A stretch of DNA of 64,000 nucleotides from Lytechinus pictus (taxonomy: Eukaryota), in the NCBI RefSeq assembly GCF_037042905.1, contig NC_087252.1, positions 3,722,001 through 3,786,000 on the forward strand, read 5' to 3'. Positions 37,999 to 51,457 of this stretch are shown here, in pieces (positions within the stretch are counted from its first letter, which is position 1; each line of letters begins with the position of its first letter). The translations under genes and the position numbers were made by a program. Under the pieces are notes generated by a model. It worked only from the letters and a program-made list of their open reading frames with translations, had not been told where the DNA came from and searched no databases.

Positions 37999-39386
37999 CT
38001 ACATGTAGTCTAAGTCACATGTTTTATTATTATTAGTTGACCAAAACTTTTTCATGACCAGGTAGGGAAAAAAAAGGAAAAGGTTTTCCAGACTTTATTT
38101 ATATGATGCAGTTATGCATGCCAGACACCTCCATTGTACATGTACATGTAGGGGAGTATTAAACCTTGTGTTGAGAAAGATTTTCTCTTGCCTGCATAGT
38201 AATTGGTGCGAGACTATTATAGGCGCTGCTACAGCGCATCAACATTGAAATCTTAACCAAGGTTAAGTTTTTGAAATTTCATCATAGATGAGATATATGG
38301 ACCTAGACCTAGTTCATGAAACTTGGACATGAGTGTAATCATGTATTTCTAAACATCCTGCTTGAGTTTCAACTCACATGACCGAGATCAAAGGTCATTT
38401 AGGGTCAATGAGCTTAAAAAACCATGTTGGGGGAATCAATATCAAAATCTTAACCAAGGTAAAGTTTTTGAAATGTCATAACTTAAATAATCAAGAGTCT
38501 TATACATGTACATGTATATCATTTGAGTGCAACAATTTAAGGTGGGAGTGATCTAGTCTTGCTCTGATTGGTCTACAGGTAAATGTTTATCAAACTTTCT
38601 CTGGTATATGGGGTGTGGTGATGCTCACTGCGAGTGACTGGGGCTGGTATTATGAGTCATACTTCATTTTGTTCCTTGAAGTTACCTGAGTGATCTTTTA
38701 TGGTCAGGGTCTAGGAGTTAAATGGTATTGGGGGTTTGGGAATTCTTATATGACATTGGGGGAGTTTGTAAACAAGTGAAGGTGAATGACTGAAAGGATA
38801 ACAGCTAGGAAGTAAGATTCATACATGTACATATACTACATAACATTACACTGTAGGTCACATGATCATTGTCAATCGACATAGTACATGTATCATACAT
38901 GGATGAATGTTTTCTTTTGTGAATGATTATTCAATACCCGGTAGCTGTTTTCAAAGTCAACACTGCTGCTTAGTGCTATATCAAATCACATACTGTAGGT
39001 GAGATTGTGAGAGGTGTTCCACTTGTTACTCTCTGCCTCTATGGGACATGTCTTTGAAGTCTGAACTCTTTATCATTTCTCCAATGAAACTCAAAATTTT
39101 AATTGAATGTCTGTCTGTGTATTGCATCTCTGTAATTGTAAAGAATAATGTTCATAATTCATTGCCAGCTTTATTCTTTGATATTATTATTATGCCAACA
39201 TATTGAGAACAGAGTGCAATTTTATTTATATATTATTATTATCATTATCTCTTTTTTCGGGGGTGTAAGCTTGTATTTGGTTTTCCATATCTTTGTGGAG
39301 GCTTAGACGATGCCCCTAATGTGAGCTACATTTTAAAATCATGAACACTTTGTACAAATTTGGTATCATTTTCTATTTTAATGTAG

Positions 39387-39434
39387 GTACTATGAGCGGG
39401 CAGTGGAAGCTGCTTCTAAAGAACAGAGACAAGA
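39387..39434 (+). CDS. ZNF gene B, constant micro-exon 2 (48 nt, phase 2-2)
   Basis: TTTTAATGTAG|GTACTATGAG...ACAAGA|GTAAGT. Extends the last helix: (T)YYERAVEAASKEQRQ(D). Confidence 0.8.
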
Positions 39435-40509
39435 GTAAGTATTTAACTGTTCTGGGCCCCACTTTATAAAGAATTGTTACAAATTAACCATAAAGTAAAT
39501 TTACGATGATCAGCCAATCAGATTGCAGGATTTCAGTAGCTTTTAAATGTTACTGCAAATTTGTTATTTCAAGTTTTATGAAACGGATCCCAGACTGGAT
39601 ACTAAATCTGACTGGTTATTCCATACCGGAAATTCTCTTTACAGTGCAAAGTCTTGATTGTACTTGTTGAGTGAAAGAATATAAATGTATGATACTTTAT
39701 GAATCACAAGCTAAAAAAGAACATTTTGATAAACAGAGCTACATGTACATGTATGGAACTTCCTTTTCCTTTTATGTCTCTTTTCTTGCTTTTCCTTTGT
39801 CTTTTTCTTTTCAACCTCTTTATCCCAAATATCATTATTTCCTTTTCTCCATCTCTCCTACCTTTATACCATCTGTCCTCTTTTCTGAATCTCATTTCCT
39901 TTTTCTCCTCATCTCATTTGTTCTTGGTTTTTTTTTTTACATAGTCTTCTTCATTTTATATTTCCTTCTCCCCTTCCCCTTTTATATTTCTTCAACTTTT
40001 CATTCTTTTCAGATTTTCCCCCTTTTTCCTCATATTACTATGTGCAGTGCACATGATATTGTGAAAAATTTTGTAAATGATAAAGAATGTACCTCAAACA
40101 TGTAAAATAGAAAATACAGAAAAACATACTTTGTGAACTACATGTAATGAGTCTGGCTTTGACAAGGTATTTATTTATTGCTGTTTTTTTTTTAGTTTTT
40201 TTTTTATTCTAGCTAGTGGAAAATAAAGGGGGGATCAACCCAGGGATCAAATTGGATGATATGTAAGTTTTTTTAAAGTAGCAAACAAGGGGTGAAATAT
40301 TTTAAAATCTTTTAACACAAATTCATAAAAAAATAATGATATCAAAAGATGGGTAATACTTAAAAGAAAACTTGTCCAACAGCATTCTCAAACACAGCAT
40401 AACAATCACAGATTTTGTGCAGGTGGTGTGGATGAAAATTAATGTCTTTTTTTCTTATCCTGCCGTTTAATACATGTACATGTATTTCTCCTTGGTCTAT
40501 CTTATGCAG

Positions 40510-40787
40510 TATTCCCCAGAATTCCGAAGAATCGAGGCAAAATGTAGAGACTTCCATGTTCCAAGGTGATGAGCAAGGCACAGAGACAGATGCCATGGGA
40601 TCTACAACACTGCCAATGCAAGCTACGCAAGATGGCTGGAGAGGTGATGATGGTGACAAGAGTCACAAGACTAATGATGGTGGTGAGATGTTAGAAGGGG
40701 AGTTCACCTGCCTTGTCAAAACGGAACCTCACGATAGTGGTGAAGAATCCAATGAACATGGAACATTACCATCCGTCAGCCAACAAG
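40510..40787 (+). CDS. ZNF gene B, constant exon 3 (acidic), phase-1 donor
   Basis: TCTTATGCAG|TATTCCC...CAACAAG|GTTTGT, in the frame of ORF 40442-40819. Ends VKTEPHDSGEESNEHGTLPSVSQQG. Confidence 0.85.
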
Positions 40788-41481
40788 GTTTGTTTTCATT
40801 ATCTGAATTTGTAAACTAATGATATCACCAAATCTTAAGTTTTCCCATGCAAATATGGTGCTTCATATAATTTTAGCTTAACTTTATCTGATGTCGTGCA
40901 TGTGGGATCAGTAATTATAATTAGTCAGGAAGCTTAATGAAGAAACTCTTGAGAAAGTTATATGCAGTTCACATCACAGGGTATTTATTAATCAGTAGTC
41001 AGCCACAGTTATAATTCGAGGTACACGAATATCAATAAAGATTTTGGTTAAAACAGGAGAAGTGTAGGATTAAAAATTCTGAAGTAGAATAATATTGGAT
41101 GGACGTCTAAGTCTTGAAGTCAGTCTATCTGGATGAGTGTGGGTCTAGTACATGCAATTGTCTATCTAAAAATCAAGAAGCCTTATTTATATCATTAGTT
41201 TTGGGGGTGTAACAATTTAAGGTGAGAGTGATCTAAACTTGATCTGATTGGTCTACAGGTAACTGTCTATCAAACTTTCTCTGGTAAAGGGGTGTGATGG
41301 TGCTCTGTCCAGAGGCTGGGGCTGGTATTATAAGTCATAGTTCTTAGAACTTTTGTTCCTTGAAGTTAGCTGACGTCACTGAGGGTTGGTCAGGGTTTAG
41401 GAGATTAATGGTATTGGGTGTTTGGGGTTTCTAAGATGACATTGGAGGAGTTTGTAAACAAGTGAAGGTGAATGACTGAAA

Positions 41482-42910
41482 GGAGGCGCGATAGCTCAGT
41501 CGGTAGAGCGGAAGATTCGTATTCTGGTGACCTGGGTTCGATTCACACTTGGTGCGCTAGTGCCCTTTGGTAAGGGATTAATCCTCATTACCAGGTCCTT
41601 CGGAGAGGACCGTAAGCCGTCAGTCCTCTGGTCGCTTGCTTACAAGCATTTATCAGGGCGCGACAAACCCGCTTGCCCGGGGCAAGTGAAAATGACGTGC
41701 GGGCAAGCATTTCTCAAAGTCAATTGCCTGATCGGGCAAGTGGTTGTTTTGAAAATGAACAAGATAAATTGACAGTAAAGTTTAATAATTTTTTGATAAA
41801 TTGCAATTATCGGCCGATTATCTCTCATACAATGTCATACCAGTCAAAAAACAGTGGAAACATGTCAAATCAGCGCCAATTTACCGACAAAAGGCGACAC
41901 TTTATCGCCAGTGGTCCCGTTCGATGGAGGCTGCCATCTTACTTTCTAAACTACAATGTGCGCATGCGCTACTAATCGACGAAGGAGCTAGCTGGGGAAA
42001 CCCCTCTCTCCCTCTGAGCGCATGTACGGACGTACACGAGCGATCGCGATCGAGCCAGCCGAGTCTCGAGCTAGATCGCGCTGAATGCATGCAAGCTTCG
42101 GACTGACTCGGCCAGGACCAGAGTCACCAGACGTCCCATATTTTATTCATTTCTAAAACATTTTAGTTTTTGTTTTATTTTAAAAATATATAAAAGAAAC
42201 ACCAAATATCATTAGGATTTTTGTTATATGATTGGATTGTTTTTATTTGCTTGAAGTTTGAACTTATTCCTCTTTCTTTCTTTTCTATCCTTCTATCTTT
42301 CCTTCTTGCCCTTTTTTGTTACATATCTATTTTTATTTCCTGATCCTTTCTCTCTCCCTCTCTCTCTGTTCATTTTCTTTCTTTCCTTCTTTCTCTTACT
42401 TGCCTTCTTTATTACATTTCCTTTTTTTATTTCCTTCATTCCTTCTCCCTTCCTCTTGTTTTTATTTTTGTTCTATCTCTCCTTCCATTATTATTTTTTT
42501 TCATTCTGGCCTCCCTTCATTCTTTCCTCCCTCTCTTTCTTCCTTTCTTTCTTTCATTATTTATTTCATTTTGTCCTTATTCTTTTCCCTTATACTTTCT
42601 TTCCCTTTCTTCCTTCCTTCCTGTTTTCTTCTTTCTTTCCAAGAATGAAGGCCAGAACAACTTGAACAAGAGTCAAGAAAAAGAAATGCCAAGGGCAGCG
42701 CCAGTAAATCAAGTTCAGCCAGGACAGAAAAGAATAATTAAGAGCAAAAGAATTTTTGAAAAAAAATAGGGCAAGCAGTTTTTTCTATCGGGCAAGCAAA
42801 TTTTTTTATCACTTGCCCGACAGGGCAAGTGATTAATTTTTTTTTTGTAGAGGCCTGATTCATGCTTTCTTAGCAATCAGGTAAAAAATCCCCACCAATC
42901 AATCAATAAC
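41482..42910 (+). mobile_element. tRNA-derived SINE split by a 1.2 kb hAT-like insertion (41654-42857)
   Basis: Head TAGCTCAGTCGGTAGAGC...GGTTCGATTC. The insert is bounded by CAGG...CCTG with CTTGCCC/GGGCAAG subterminal motifs. The SINE tail (CAAT)n resumes at about 42858-42907. The TSD is imperfect. Confidence 0.6.
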
Positions 42911-43039
42911 AGGAAGTTAACTACATGTACATAACACCAGTTTCATGAAAGGACTTGTCGGACGTTTTATCCGACAAGTCCCATTTTATCCGACAGTTAC
43001 CATAGTAACATTACCTCTCAGCCAATCAACATCATGATC

Positions 43040-43298
43040 TCTCTATTCCCAAAACCAGACGGTCATGGGGAGATCATGCATTTGCATCAGCAGCTCCCCG
43101 TCTATGGAACAATCTTCCAACTAAACTAAAAGACTGTAGATCAGTAGAACATTTCAAGGCCAGTTTGAAAACTTATCTAATGGCCAAATTGTAAGTTTTT
43201 CCAGTAGTGAGTTAAGTTTATTGTAAGCGCCTTGAGCACCCCTAATAGGGTGGATATGTTTTGCGCATTATAAATGTCTTATTATTATTATTATATTA
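43040..43298 (+). mobile_element. L2-type LINE 3' end remnant, followed by a short MITE (about 43313-43520)
   Basis: Reads AAPRLWNNLPTKLKDCRSVEHFKASLKTYL, then GTAAGCGCCTTGAG...(TTA)n tail. Confidence 0.7.
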
Positions 43299-44432
43299 TC
43301 AGAGAAAGATGTCTGGGGGGCGTTTCATGAAAGGACTTGTCGGACGTTTTATCCGACAAGTCCCATTTTATCCGACAGTTACCATAGGAAAAGTGCCTCT
43401 CAGCCAATCAAAATCATGGAAAGATGTCAGATCTGACAACTTGTCGGATAAAAATATTGATGAAACGCTCTCCAGATCCGACAACTTGTCGGATGAAAAT
43501 GTTGATGAAACACTCCCCAGACCTTCATTTTTGAGGAGCGCGATCGCGCCGGCGCTCCTATAAAAAATAACAAAAAATCGCGCTCCTAAAAAAATTACAA
43601 AAAATCGCGCTCCTAAAAAAAATAACAAAAAATCGCGCTCCTAAAAAAAAAAAAAAATTGCTAAAATTTCAGATTTTACATCTTTAAATCCATGAAATGG
43701 CCATCTATTTTCCATAATTCCTTGAAATTATTTTGATTTTGTTAAAAACTCAGGAAAATGAAGACTATTCACCTCTTTCCCCGACTCTGATTTTAATTCA
43801 AATTCGGTAAATATTCTAGTCCCATACAGGTGTATGTAGATTTTCATGGCAACACCATGGAAGTCTACATTGTGGGACTACAATATTTACCGAGTGTAAG
43901 TTCAAATGAACAGGAAGTTTGGGGTTTGATTCCTTGTAGAGAAATACTCAATATTTGAAAAATAGGATCTTATGCCTTGTGAAAATAGGGTTGATAACAA
44001 CAACATGTTATGGGGGGCCTGCTTGAAAACCAGCAGATAGTTGAAATAGCTATCCTGGTTAAATGACAATTATTGACAAAAAAGTTTTGTGTTAAAAAAA
44101 ATTGATCAGTCATGTCATTCATGAGTGAGCATACATTAAAGGCCAGAGATACACAAGGTTAGCCCATAAAATATTTTATTTTGCTGTGAAGTTTTAACCG
44201 ATCAATTCCTATATTGTGGTGTCGGTGAAAGAACGTCCTAAGCAAAACATTTTCGTACACCGCATAGGTGCAGAAACACCATTAAGCAGTCCAATTATGC
44301 TTGCTGCTAAAGGCATTTTTGCGTGCATGCAATACGCAAAACTGTGGTGCTAAGAGTGTTCTTGCACTAACTGGAAAATATACTGTAATGCTGTATATAT
44401 ATATACTATACATAATTTTTATATTTCTTCAG

Positions 44433-44552
44433 GAGACAGCTTGACAGGAGATGATGATGATAGGAAGGAGATTGAAGAAGTGGAGTTTAAATGTCTTATC
44501 AAAGAAGAACCGGATGATGGTGAACGCAACCAACCATCCTGCAGCAAGCAAG
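44433..44552 (+). CDS. ZNF gene B, exon 4 (120 nt, symmetric phase 1-1), last constant exon
   Basis: TTTCTTCAG|GAGACAGC...AAGCAAG|GTTTGT. Peptide GDSLTGDDDDRKEIEEVEFKCLIKEEPDDGERNQPSCSKQG. Confidence 0.85.
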
Positions 44553-44802
44553 GTTTGTTATCATGATCTATATGTTGTGTTAAATGTGCGCAGTACAGAA
44601 AATAATTTCTATTTCAAAATGGGTAAACATTTTAACAAATGCGATTCTAGCTAAATTTCTTTCTAAATTGAATGGTATAACAGGCCCAATTTATAATTAT
44701 TATTATGCCCTTCTGACCTTTCAACAAAAGTGATTTTAGCTACAGTGTACCTATCTTTAATACTGAATTGAATAGTAAAACAGGCAAATTCATCATTTAC
44801 TA

Positions 44803-45567
44803 TTATTGTATCCCCCGAACAGAGTTCGGAGGATACTATGGATTTGGCCTTGTCGCGCCGTCCGCCGCAGAGATTTCCTTGTGAGCGCTCTATCAGCTGC
44901 ATTTCTTCTCCGATCATCTTCAAATGTGGCATGAACGTCCATTATGGTAAAGCAAAGCCGCCTATCGATTTTGGTGTGGGCGGAGACATCGTTGCCATGG
45001 TGACAAGTTTTTGTAGAAATAGCAGAGATGTCCTTGTGAGCGCTCTACCAGCTGCATTTCTTCTCCGATCATCTTCAAATGTGGCATGAAGGTCCATTAT
45101 GGTAAAGCAAAGCCGCCTAATGATTTTGGAGTGGGTGGAGACATTGTTGCCGTGGTAACCATATTTTTGTGGAAAATTTGGTTAAACCTGTAACTTCTGC
45201 TTTTTTCCAGTTTGTCATAACAGTTCAACAGAAGCAATATTAGAAGGTGAAGCGAAGATGCCTATCATTTTTGTCGGGGTGTCTTAGGGTTAGGTTTATA
45301 AAATATATCCAGATTACTCTATAATTGTATTCCCCAACAGGTGATACTGGACAATATTTTAGATTCTGCAGAGTCATGCTGCTACGTCATATTATTGTCA
45401 TCAAATTTGGTACCCACAGGCAAAATGTGGGCAGGGTCATTGTCGCCATGACAATTGTATTTATTTGTCAAATATCTATGTGAGCTCTATATATCGCAAT
45501 GACGGATGACGCGGTGCGTTTGGGGGATACATGTGCTCGGCCGCGCGACCCGCCGAGCATCTCTAGT
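44803..45567 (+). mobile_element. Helitron/Helentron-type non-autonomous element
   Basis: Subterminal IR GTATCCCCCGAAC / GTTTGGGGGATAC, internal tandem repeat of about 156 bp, and 3' GC hairpin TGCTCGGC...GCCGAGCA followed by CTAG|TT. Confidence 0.75.
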
Positions 45568-47245
45568 TATAATGCTCATCTGACATTAAATCTGCCAAAC
45601 CAAGTGAATAGTTCATTTCTATTTATATGAAAACTGTTTTATTTTTCATCTTCATTTTAAATGGAATAAATTAAAGCTAACTGTTACCAATTCATAGATG
45701 ATAAAAAGTAGAATTCTAGAACGAAGCAATATGATAGAACCGAAAAAGAGTGTGATGCTAACTTACAGGTGGAGACAATCGCAGCTTGTCATGTAGCATT
45801 GTTGTCTTTCTTGGATCTATGAAAAAAATATTAGTCAACATGGGCTGGATTTGATTCTATGCCATTGCATCAGCACTATTCGACTGAACACTTTATAGCA
45901 CTAGACCACAAACAGTTGACAGCAAATGTGCTCCAAAAGTTTTCTACCCTATGTTGTCAATATATCCAGAAGGATTCTTGTTAATTTGAGGATTACACAT
46001 TGAAGCAAATTTTTGATAGCTGGATAAACATATTGAATATCTTCTGTATGAAAATAAAATTCATTGCCAACTCCTGCATGTGTGTGCTTTTTGTTTTGTA
46101 TTTATTAATAAGAAGTAAAACTAATTATTATCACTATATAATGATCCAACATGGTGCACGTGGAATGAGAGGCTACCCTTCAGAAATGACATCTTGCTGT
46201 TTAAAACAGGAAGGCTAGCTAGTACTTGGATAGATGGGGCTGCAAGTTTTGAAGTACACGTATGTTCTTTGTCAGCTGGAAAGAAATTGAGTTTAAAATA
46301 CCAACTAGATTAAAATATCCATCATTTCTTTGAGCCAATTTGATACAGAAATGGCTGAAATATACATGAAACACATTGGGCCAATGGATAAGTCTCTAGA
46401 CTTTGAATCAGAGGGTCGTGGGTTCAAATCCAAGCCATGGTGTCGAATCCTTCAGCAAGAAGTGATCCACATTGTTCAGCACTCAACCTGCCAGGATTAA
46501 TTCCTGTAATGTGCCAAGTGACTTTAGCCGCTTCAGCTTAGCTAGGGTAATATATAGTGCGTCATTGAATAGGCAACTAGATAATTGGCTCATATATATA
46601 ATTTTAAAAAAATCAGTCTTTCTTGACAATGGCAACGTCCATTTGAATAAAGTACCAGCCTACATATAAACTCAAATAGGAATTTTCTTTGTCTGCGTAA
46701 ATAACAGAAGCGCTGTGTCTTTGAACAGCAAGCTTTATAGCATATTGTTGAGTTTTGCATTCCATTCAGATGTAAGCAGTAAATTCACCAGAATTTGTGT
46801 AAGAAATGTCACACCTTTCACACTGACATCCTTTTACGTATGCAGAGTGTTAAACATGATACTATTTTCAGCAGGATTTATTTGTCGTTACTGCTATCCC
46901 TCTAAAAACCCCTAACCAGTCAACACTTAGAAGAGTGAGCAAAAGTACAGTGGGGCTTTAAATCAAAGGTTTAATAGGCTTTTAAAGTTATGTGACCATT
47001 TCCATCAATTGATTTTTCTGTAAATTCATTTTTTTACCTTTTGAAAATAGTGGTGACCATTCAGTGATGCCTCAAAAAAGTTCCTCCAAACATTGTCATA
47101 CAAATGTAGTGGTCCCCATTGGTGTAAATCTGTGACGTCAGACAATTCATGTGAGGGGGATGACACAATAGATCATCCTCCTCCCCCTGAACAATAGATA
47201 CACCACTCTGGCATATGTATGCCAGTAGTGATCACACTTCATCCG

Positions 47246-47430
47246 AAACCTACATGAAGATTATTTTTTGACATTATCAGCAGCCCAGTCCTTCCTTGTG
47301 AAGTTCATCAGAAACCTACATGAAGATTATTTCTTGACATTATCAGCAGCCCAGTCCTTCCTTGTGAAGTTCATCAGAAACATACATGAAGATTATATCT
47401 TGACACTACCAGTAGCCTTGCTTGTGAAGT
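47246..47430. repeat. 66 bp tandem repeat, about 2.7 copies
   Basis: AAAC(C/A)TACATGAAGATTAT recurs at about 47246, 47312 and 47378. Confidence 0.85.
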
Positions 47431-48774
47431 GGATTTATTAGCAAAACTTCCATTTGTGAATCTGTATACTCCCGATTAGTTTATACGCCCACAGTTTCCA
47501 GGATCCAGGTTTGTGATCTTTTGCAGAATCAAACTTTGGGGTACCGGTAATCCCCAAACTTCGTAGTAAGGTGGTTTTATATTCTATAAAAGAGGATGGC
47601 ATTCCACACCTTACATCACACTTGCCAAGTAATTGAATGGCCTAAGTGCTTGACATCCGTTTTATTAGACCGCACTTGAAGGATACCTCAACAGGATGCG
47701 ATCAAACATGCCAGAATCAGTGAATGCAATTATCTATTTTGGATAATGTGAAAAGCATTGTTTACATGAATTTAATCTTGGACGAGGGAACGCGTTTCAT
47801 GCCACTACAAGTACACGTACATGTAGAGCGTACAGTGACTCGATGAGTTTAAGCAACAAGTTTTTATAAGCGACTGCACTTCTATAGCCAGGTTTCAGTT
47901 CTTGGTGCAGTCAAGACAAGATGATGGGATTTCATCAAACTTAAGGAGGTCAAGAAAGAGGAGATTTTGGATGAGACTGCATAGTCCATATGACGCTTAA
48001 TCCATCCCACCCCATCTATGATTTGATATGAATCTCTTTGTCTTTGCTTCTGAGATTAATCTGGTAAAAGAGAGTGTCTGCTATAAATCAGATCTTGAAA
48101 AAAAAGTAAACAGATTGAAAAAAAAAAGACTAAGAATAATATTTCAAAGATAAACTACCAGTAAATGATAGAATAGAGTCGACCAGCTGATACTAACTTT
48201 CAAGTTTTCTACAAGTAAATTGAATGCTCAAATTACAAAGCTGATTTTCTTAGAATTTTTTTCGAGTGTGAATCTACAAATAAATCATTTTGTGAGATCA
48301 GTGCCAGGGAGGTGGCAGTTTTCTGCGCCCCCTTCCCCCTTAACATGTTTTTTTTGAAAACTTACATAATTTATTACTGAAAATTTTCTCAGATTTTGTT
48401 AAGCGTGCACAAACTCCTTTAATTTCACTTTAGAAAATGTATAAAAAAGCACCTCCATAACAAGCGTGGTTGCTTTGCTTTCTTGCTACATGTATATGTA
48501 AATATTGCTTTTCCATTTGTGTAAAAAAATTACATGATTGCAAATAGTTCCACCCTGTATCCTAAAATTAGCATAAGAACCTATTCCTTTTCTCTCTCTT
48601 TTTTCTCTCTCTCTGTATCTCTCTTTAGCTTGTATAGAATTGTTTATTATTTCCCATTCTGTTTTAATAGCCAGTGGGTATTTTAAGCCTGGAGTTGTCT
48701 GGTGCGTTTCTAAGTTCTGTTATGCTTGAAACGAATCTTCTTTTTTGTATATTTCGTTCTGCTCTCCTACTCAG

Positions 48775-49328
48775 GTGGGAATTCGAGTGAGCAGAGGAGC
48801 AATGAGGAAATGGCAGGTGATGCATCATGTGACAGATCACATGCTCATGGACTGAGTTCTGCTAACAGTGCTTACTTGTCAGATCATGGAGAATTGGCTG
48901 AAGATACCACAACCCAAAATGTGTATTATGAGACACGTGAAGAAGCATCTTCAGGGAAGGTTTACAGCATATTTTCGCCTAGAAGCTATCAACATGATCC
49001 TCCCCAGGACCCTGGCATTGATAAACCTTACGTCTGCCCTGTTTGCAGTAAAGGATTTACCCGCAGCGATTGCTTTCGAAGGCATAAGAAAACGCATCGT
49101 AGTGAAAGGCCTCATGAGTGCCATTTATGCCCAAAGAGGTTTCAGCGTGCCGAAGATCTCCGAAGACACCTACGAACCCACTCTGGAGAAAAACCATATG
49201 CATGCTCCGTTTGCAATCGACGCTTTGGTAGGAACTCAAGTCTCAAACAACATATGGCACGTTATGAGGTTAGCTGCGACACTGGTCAACGTGTGATTAA
49301 ATGTATAATGGAAAAAGTGCTTGTATAA
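48775..49328 (+). CDS. ZNF gene B variable exon a1: 2 canonical C2H2 fingers plus 1 atypical finger (isoform 421 aa)
   Basis: CTGCTCTCCTACTCAG|GTGGGAATTC phase-1 acceptor, in the frame of ORF 48726-49328. Confidence 0.85.
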
Positions 49329-49573
49329 CGAGATGAAAGTTTGTTATGTAGATGCACACAAGATACCATACTGGAGAAAACAGTTTTGCCACGAAAGAAT
49401 TTCCAAGCTCGTCATCTTACTGTACAGGAAAGAATCCACACAGGAAAGAGTGTCTTGGAATATCTGCTTGTGTTATCAAAAGCATTTCCATCATGACTTT
49501 CAGCAACCTTGTGAACCTCGTTATCCATGTAAATTCCTTTGCGTCAAAGTGCAGCACATAATAGATATTTCAT

Positions 49574-50153
49574 TTGAGTATGCAGAGCATCTGTGAAGAC
49601 ATCAGGAAAAATGAGGGAATGTCAGGTGATACATCATGTGACAGATCACATGTTCATGGACAGAGTGCTGGTACCAGTGCTGTTTCAGATCAATTGGCTG
49701 AAGATATCACGACCCAATCTGTGTACGGTGAGACACATGAAGAATCATTTTCAAGGATGTTTTACAGCATATTTTTACCTAGAAGCAATCAACATAATCC
49801 TCCCCAGGACCCTGGCATTGAAAAACCTCATGTCTGCCCTGTTTGCAGGAAAGGATTTACCCACATCAATTGCTTTCGAAGGCATAAGAAAATCCATCGC
49901 AATGAAAGGCCTCATGTGTCATTTATGACCGAAAAAATTTCAACGTGCCGAAGATCTCCGAAGGCACATGTGGAAACACAAGGAGAAAAACCATATATGC
50001 TCAGTATGCGATAAACGCTAATAGTTGGAACTCAAGTTTCAAAAACCATTTGGCAGTTCATAAATGAGAAAAACTATATATATGCTCAGTATGCGATAAA
50101 CGCTAATAGTTGGAACTCAAGTTTCAAAAACCATTTGGCAGTTCATAAATGAG
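49574..50153 (+). pseudogene. Gene B variable exon b1, defective
   Basis: Homologous to b2/b3, but the CTGCTCTTTTACTCAG|GTGG acceptor is deleted. Frameshift after finger 1, in-frame stops, and an about 85 bp tandem duplication at 49983-50153. Confidence 0.8.
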
Positions 50154-50468
50154 GTTAGCAATGTTTGATTAGATGTACTTAGTGGAAAAGGGAATGTATT
50201 ACAAGATGAAAGTCTGTCATGTCAATATACTGTCAATGCACACAAGATATGCAAGAAAAAACAGTTTTGCCACGAAAAAATTTCCAAGTTCATCATCTAG
50301 CTGTACAGGAGAATCAACATGGGAAAGAAAGTCTTGGAATAACTGTTTGCGTTATCAAAAGCATTTCCGCCAAGACTTCTGGTACCCTTGTGAACATCTT
50401 AGCCATGAAAATTCATTTGCGTAAAAGTGCAGCACATGATAGATATTTTATTCTGCTCTTTTACTCAG

Positions 50469-51457
50469 GTGGGAATTCAAGCAAACAGAGCTCCTGTCAA
50501 GAAATAGGGAACACTCAGATAATGTCAGGTGATACATCACATGACAGATCACATGGGAAGCATCTCCCAGGTGACTACCCTTTACCAGCTGTCCTAGGAA
50601 CCCCTTCCCATTCATCTCCCAGAGGCCATCGCTCAAGTGAGTATGGCTCCTATCTCTTGCCAAACCAAGTGGATTATCCTCAAAGACAGAATGCAACTGA
50701 CAGTGCTACCATGTCAGATCGGAAGAGGTTGGATGGAGGCATTGTGGTGGAGAATGAGAATTATGACACATATTCTTTACAAAACACAAAAAGGTCATTC
50801 CCCGTCGAGACAAGAAGCATTCAAAGTACTTCTTGCATCAATCCCGAAGGAGAAAACACTTTTCTCTGTTCCATTTGCAGTAAGGAATTTAACCGCAAGC
50901 ATAATTTGAGGCGGCATATGAAATTCCATGAAGGAAAAAGACCTCACACGTGCTCTTTCTGCAACAAAACTTTTGTACAAAAAGGCGATCTCAGGAGACA
51001 TGAGCGATCCCATACTGGGGAAAGACCGTATTCATGTTGTTTTTGTGACAAACGCTTTATAGATACATCCCACCTAAAAGCTCATTTGTTAATTCACACT
51101 GGAGAAAAGCCGTATGAATGCAGCCTTTGTGACAAAACCTTTTCTCATAAAGCTAGCCTAACGGTTCACCTGAGATTGCACAGTGGTGAGAAGCCATTCA
51201 AGTGTTCACTCTGCGACAACAGCTTTTCTTTGAAAAGTCAGCTCATGAATCATCAGATCAAACACACGGGCATAAAGCCATACCAGTGCTCGGTTTGTGA
51301 GAAAAGGGTCGGGACAAAAAGCTCTTTAAGTCAACATATGAAGATTCATTCAGGAGAAAAACCATTTCAGTGTTCTGTATGTTCAAAGTGCTTTCGGCGG
51401 AAGAGTACTCTTAAAAAACATATGAAAATCCATGGAATCTCTTGTGAGGACTTGTGA
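50469..51457 (+). CDS. ZNF gene B variable exon c1: 7 C2H2 fingers (isoform 566 aa)
   Basis: CTGCTCTTTTACTCAG|GTGGGAATTC acceptor, in the frame of ORF 50219-51457. AATAAA at about 51594. Confidence 0.9.

Noticed and set aside
38515..41482. Direct repeat of about 290 bp (38515-38800 and 41200-41482) as an exon duplication
   Set aside because: No splice signals or open frame on +. It looks like two fragments of one degraded interspersed repeat.
45590..47990. Possible decayed transposon coding sequence or additional exon before the array
   Set aside because: No recognisable motif or family acceptor by eye. It needs BLASTX and is left unannotated.
49260..49275. GAG|GTTAGC as a donor chaining a1 to downstream ZF exons into one long protein
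   Set aside because: It would be phase 0, incompatible with the phase-1 acceptors. In b exons the same site lies after the stop codon.
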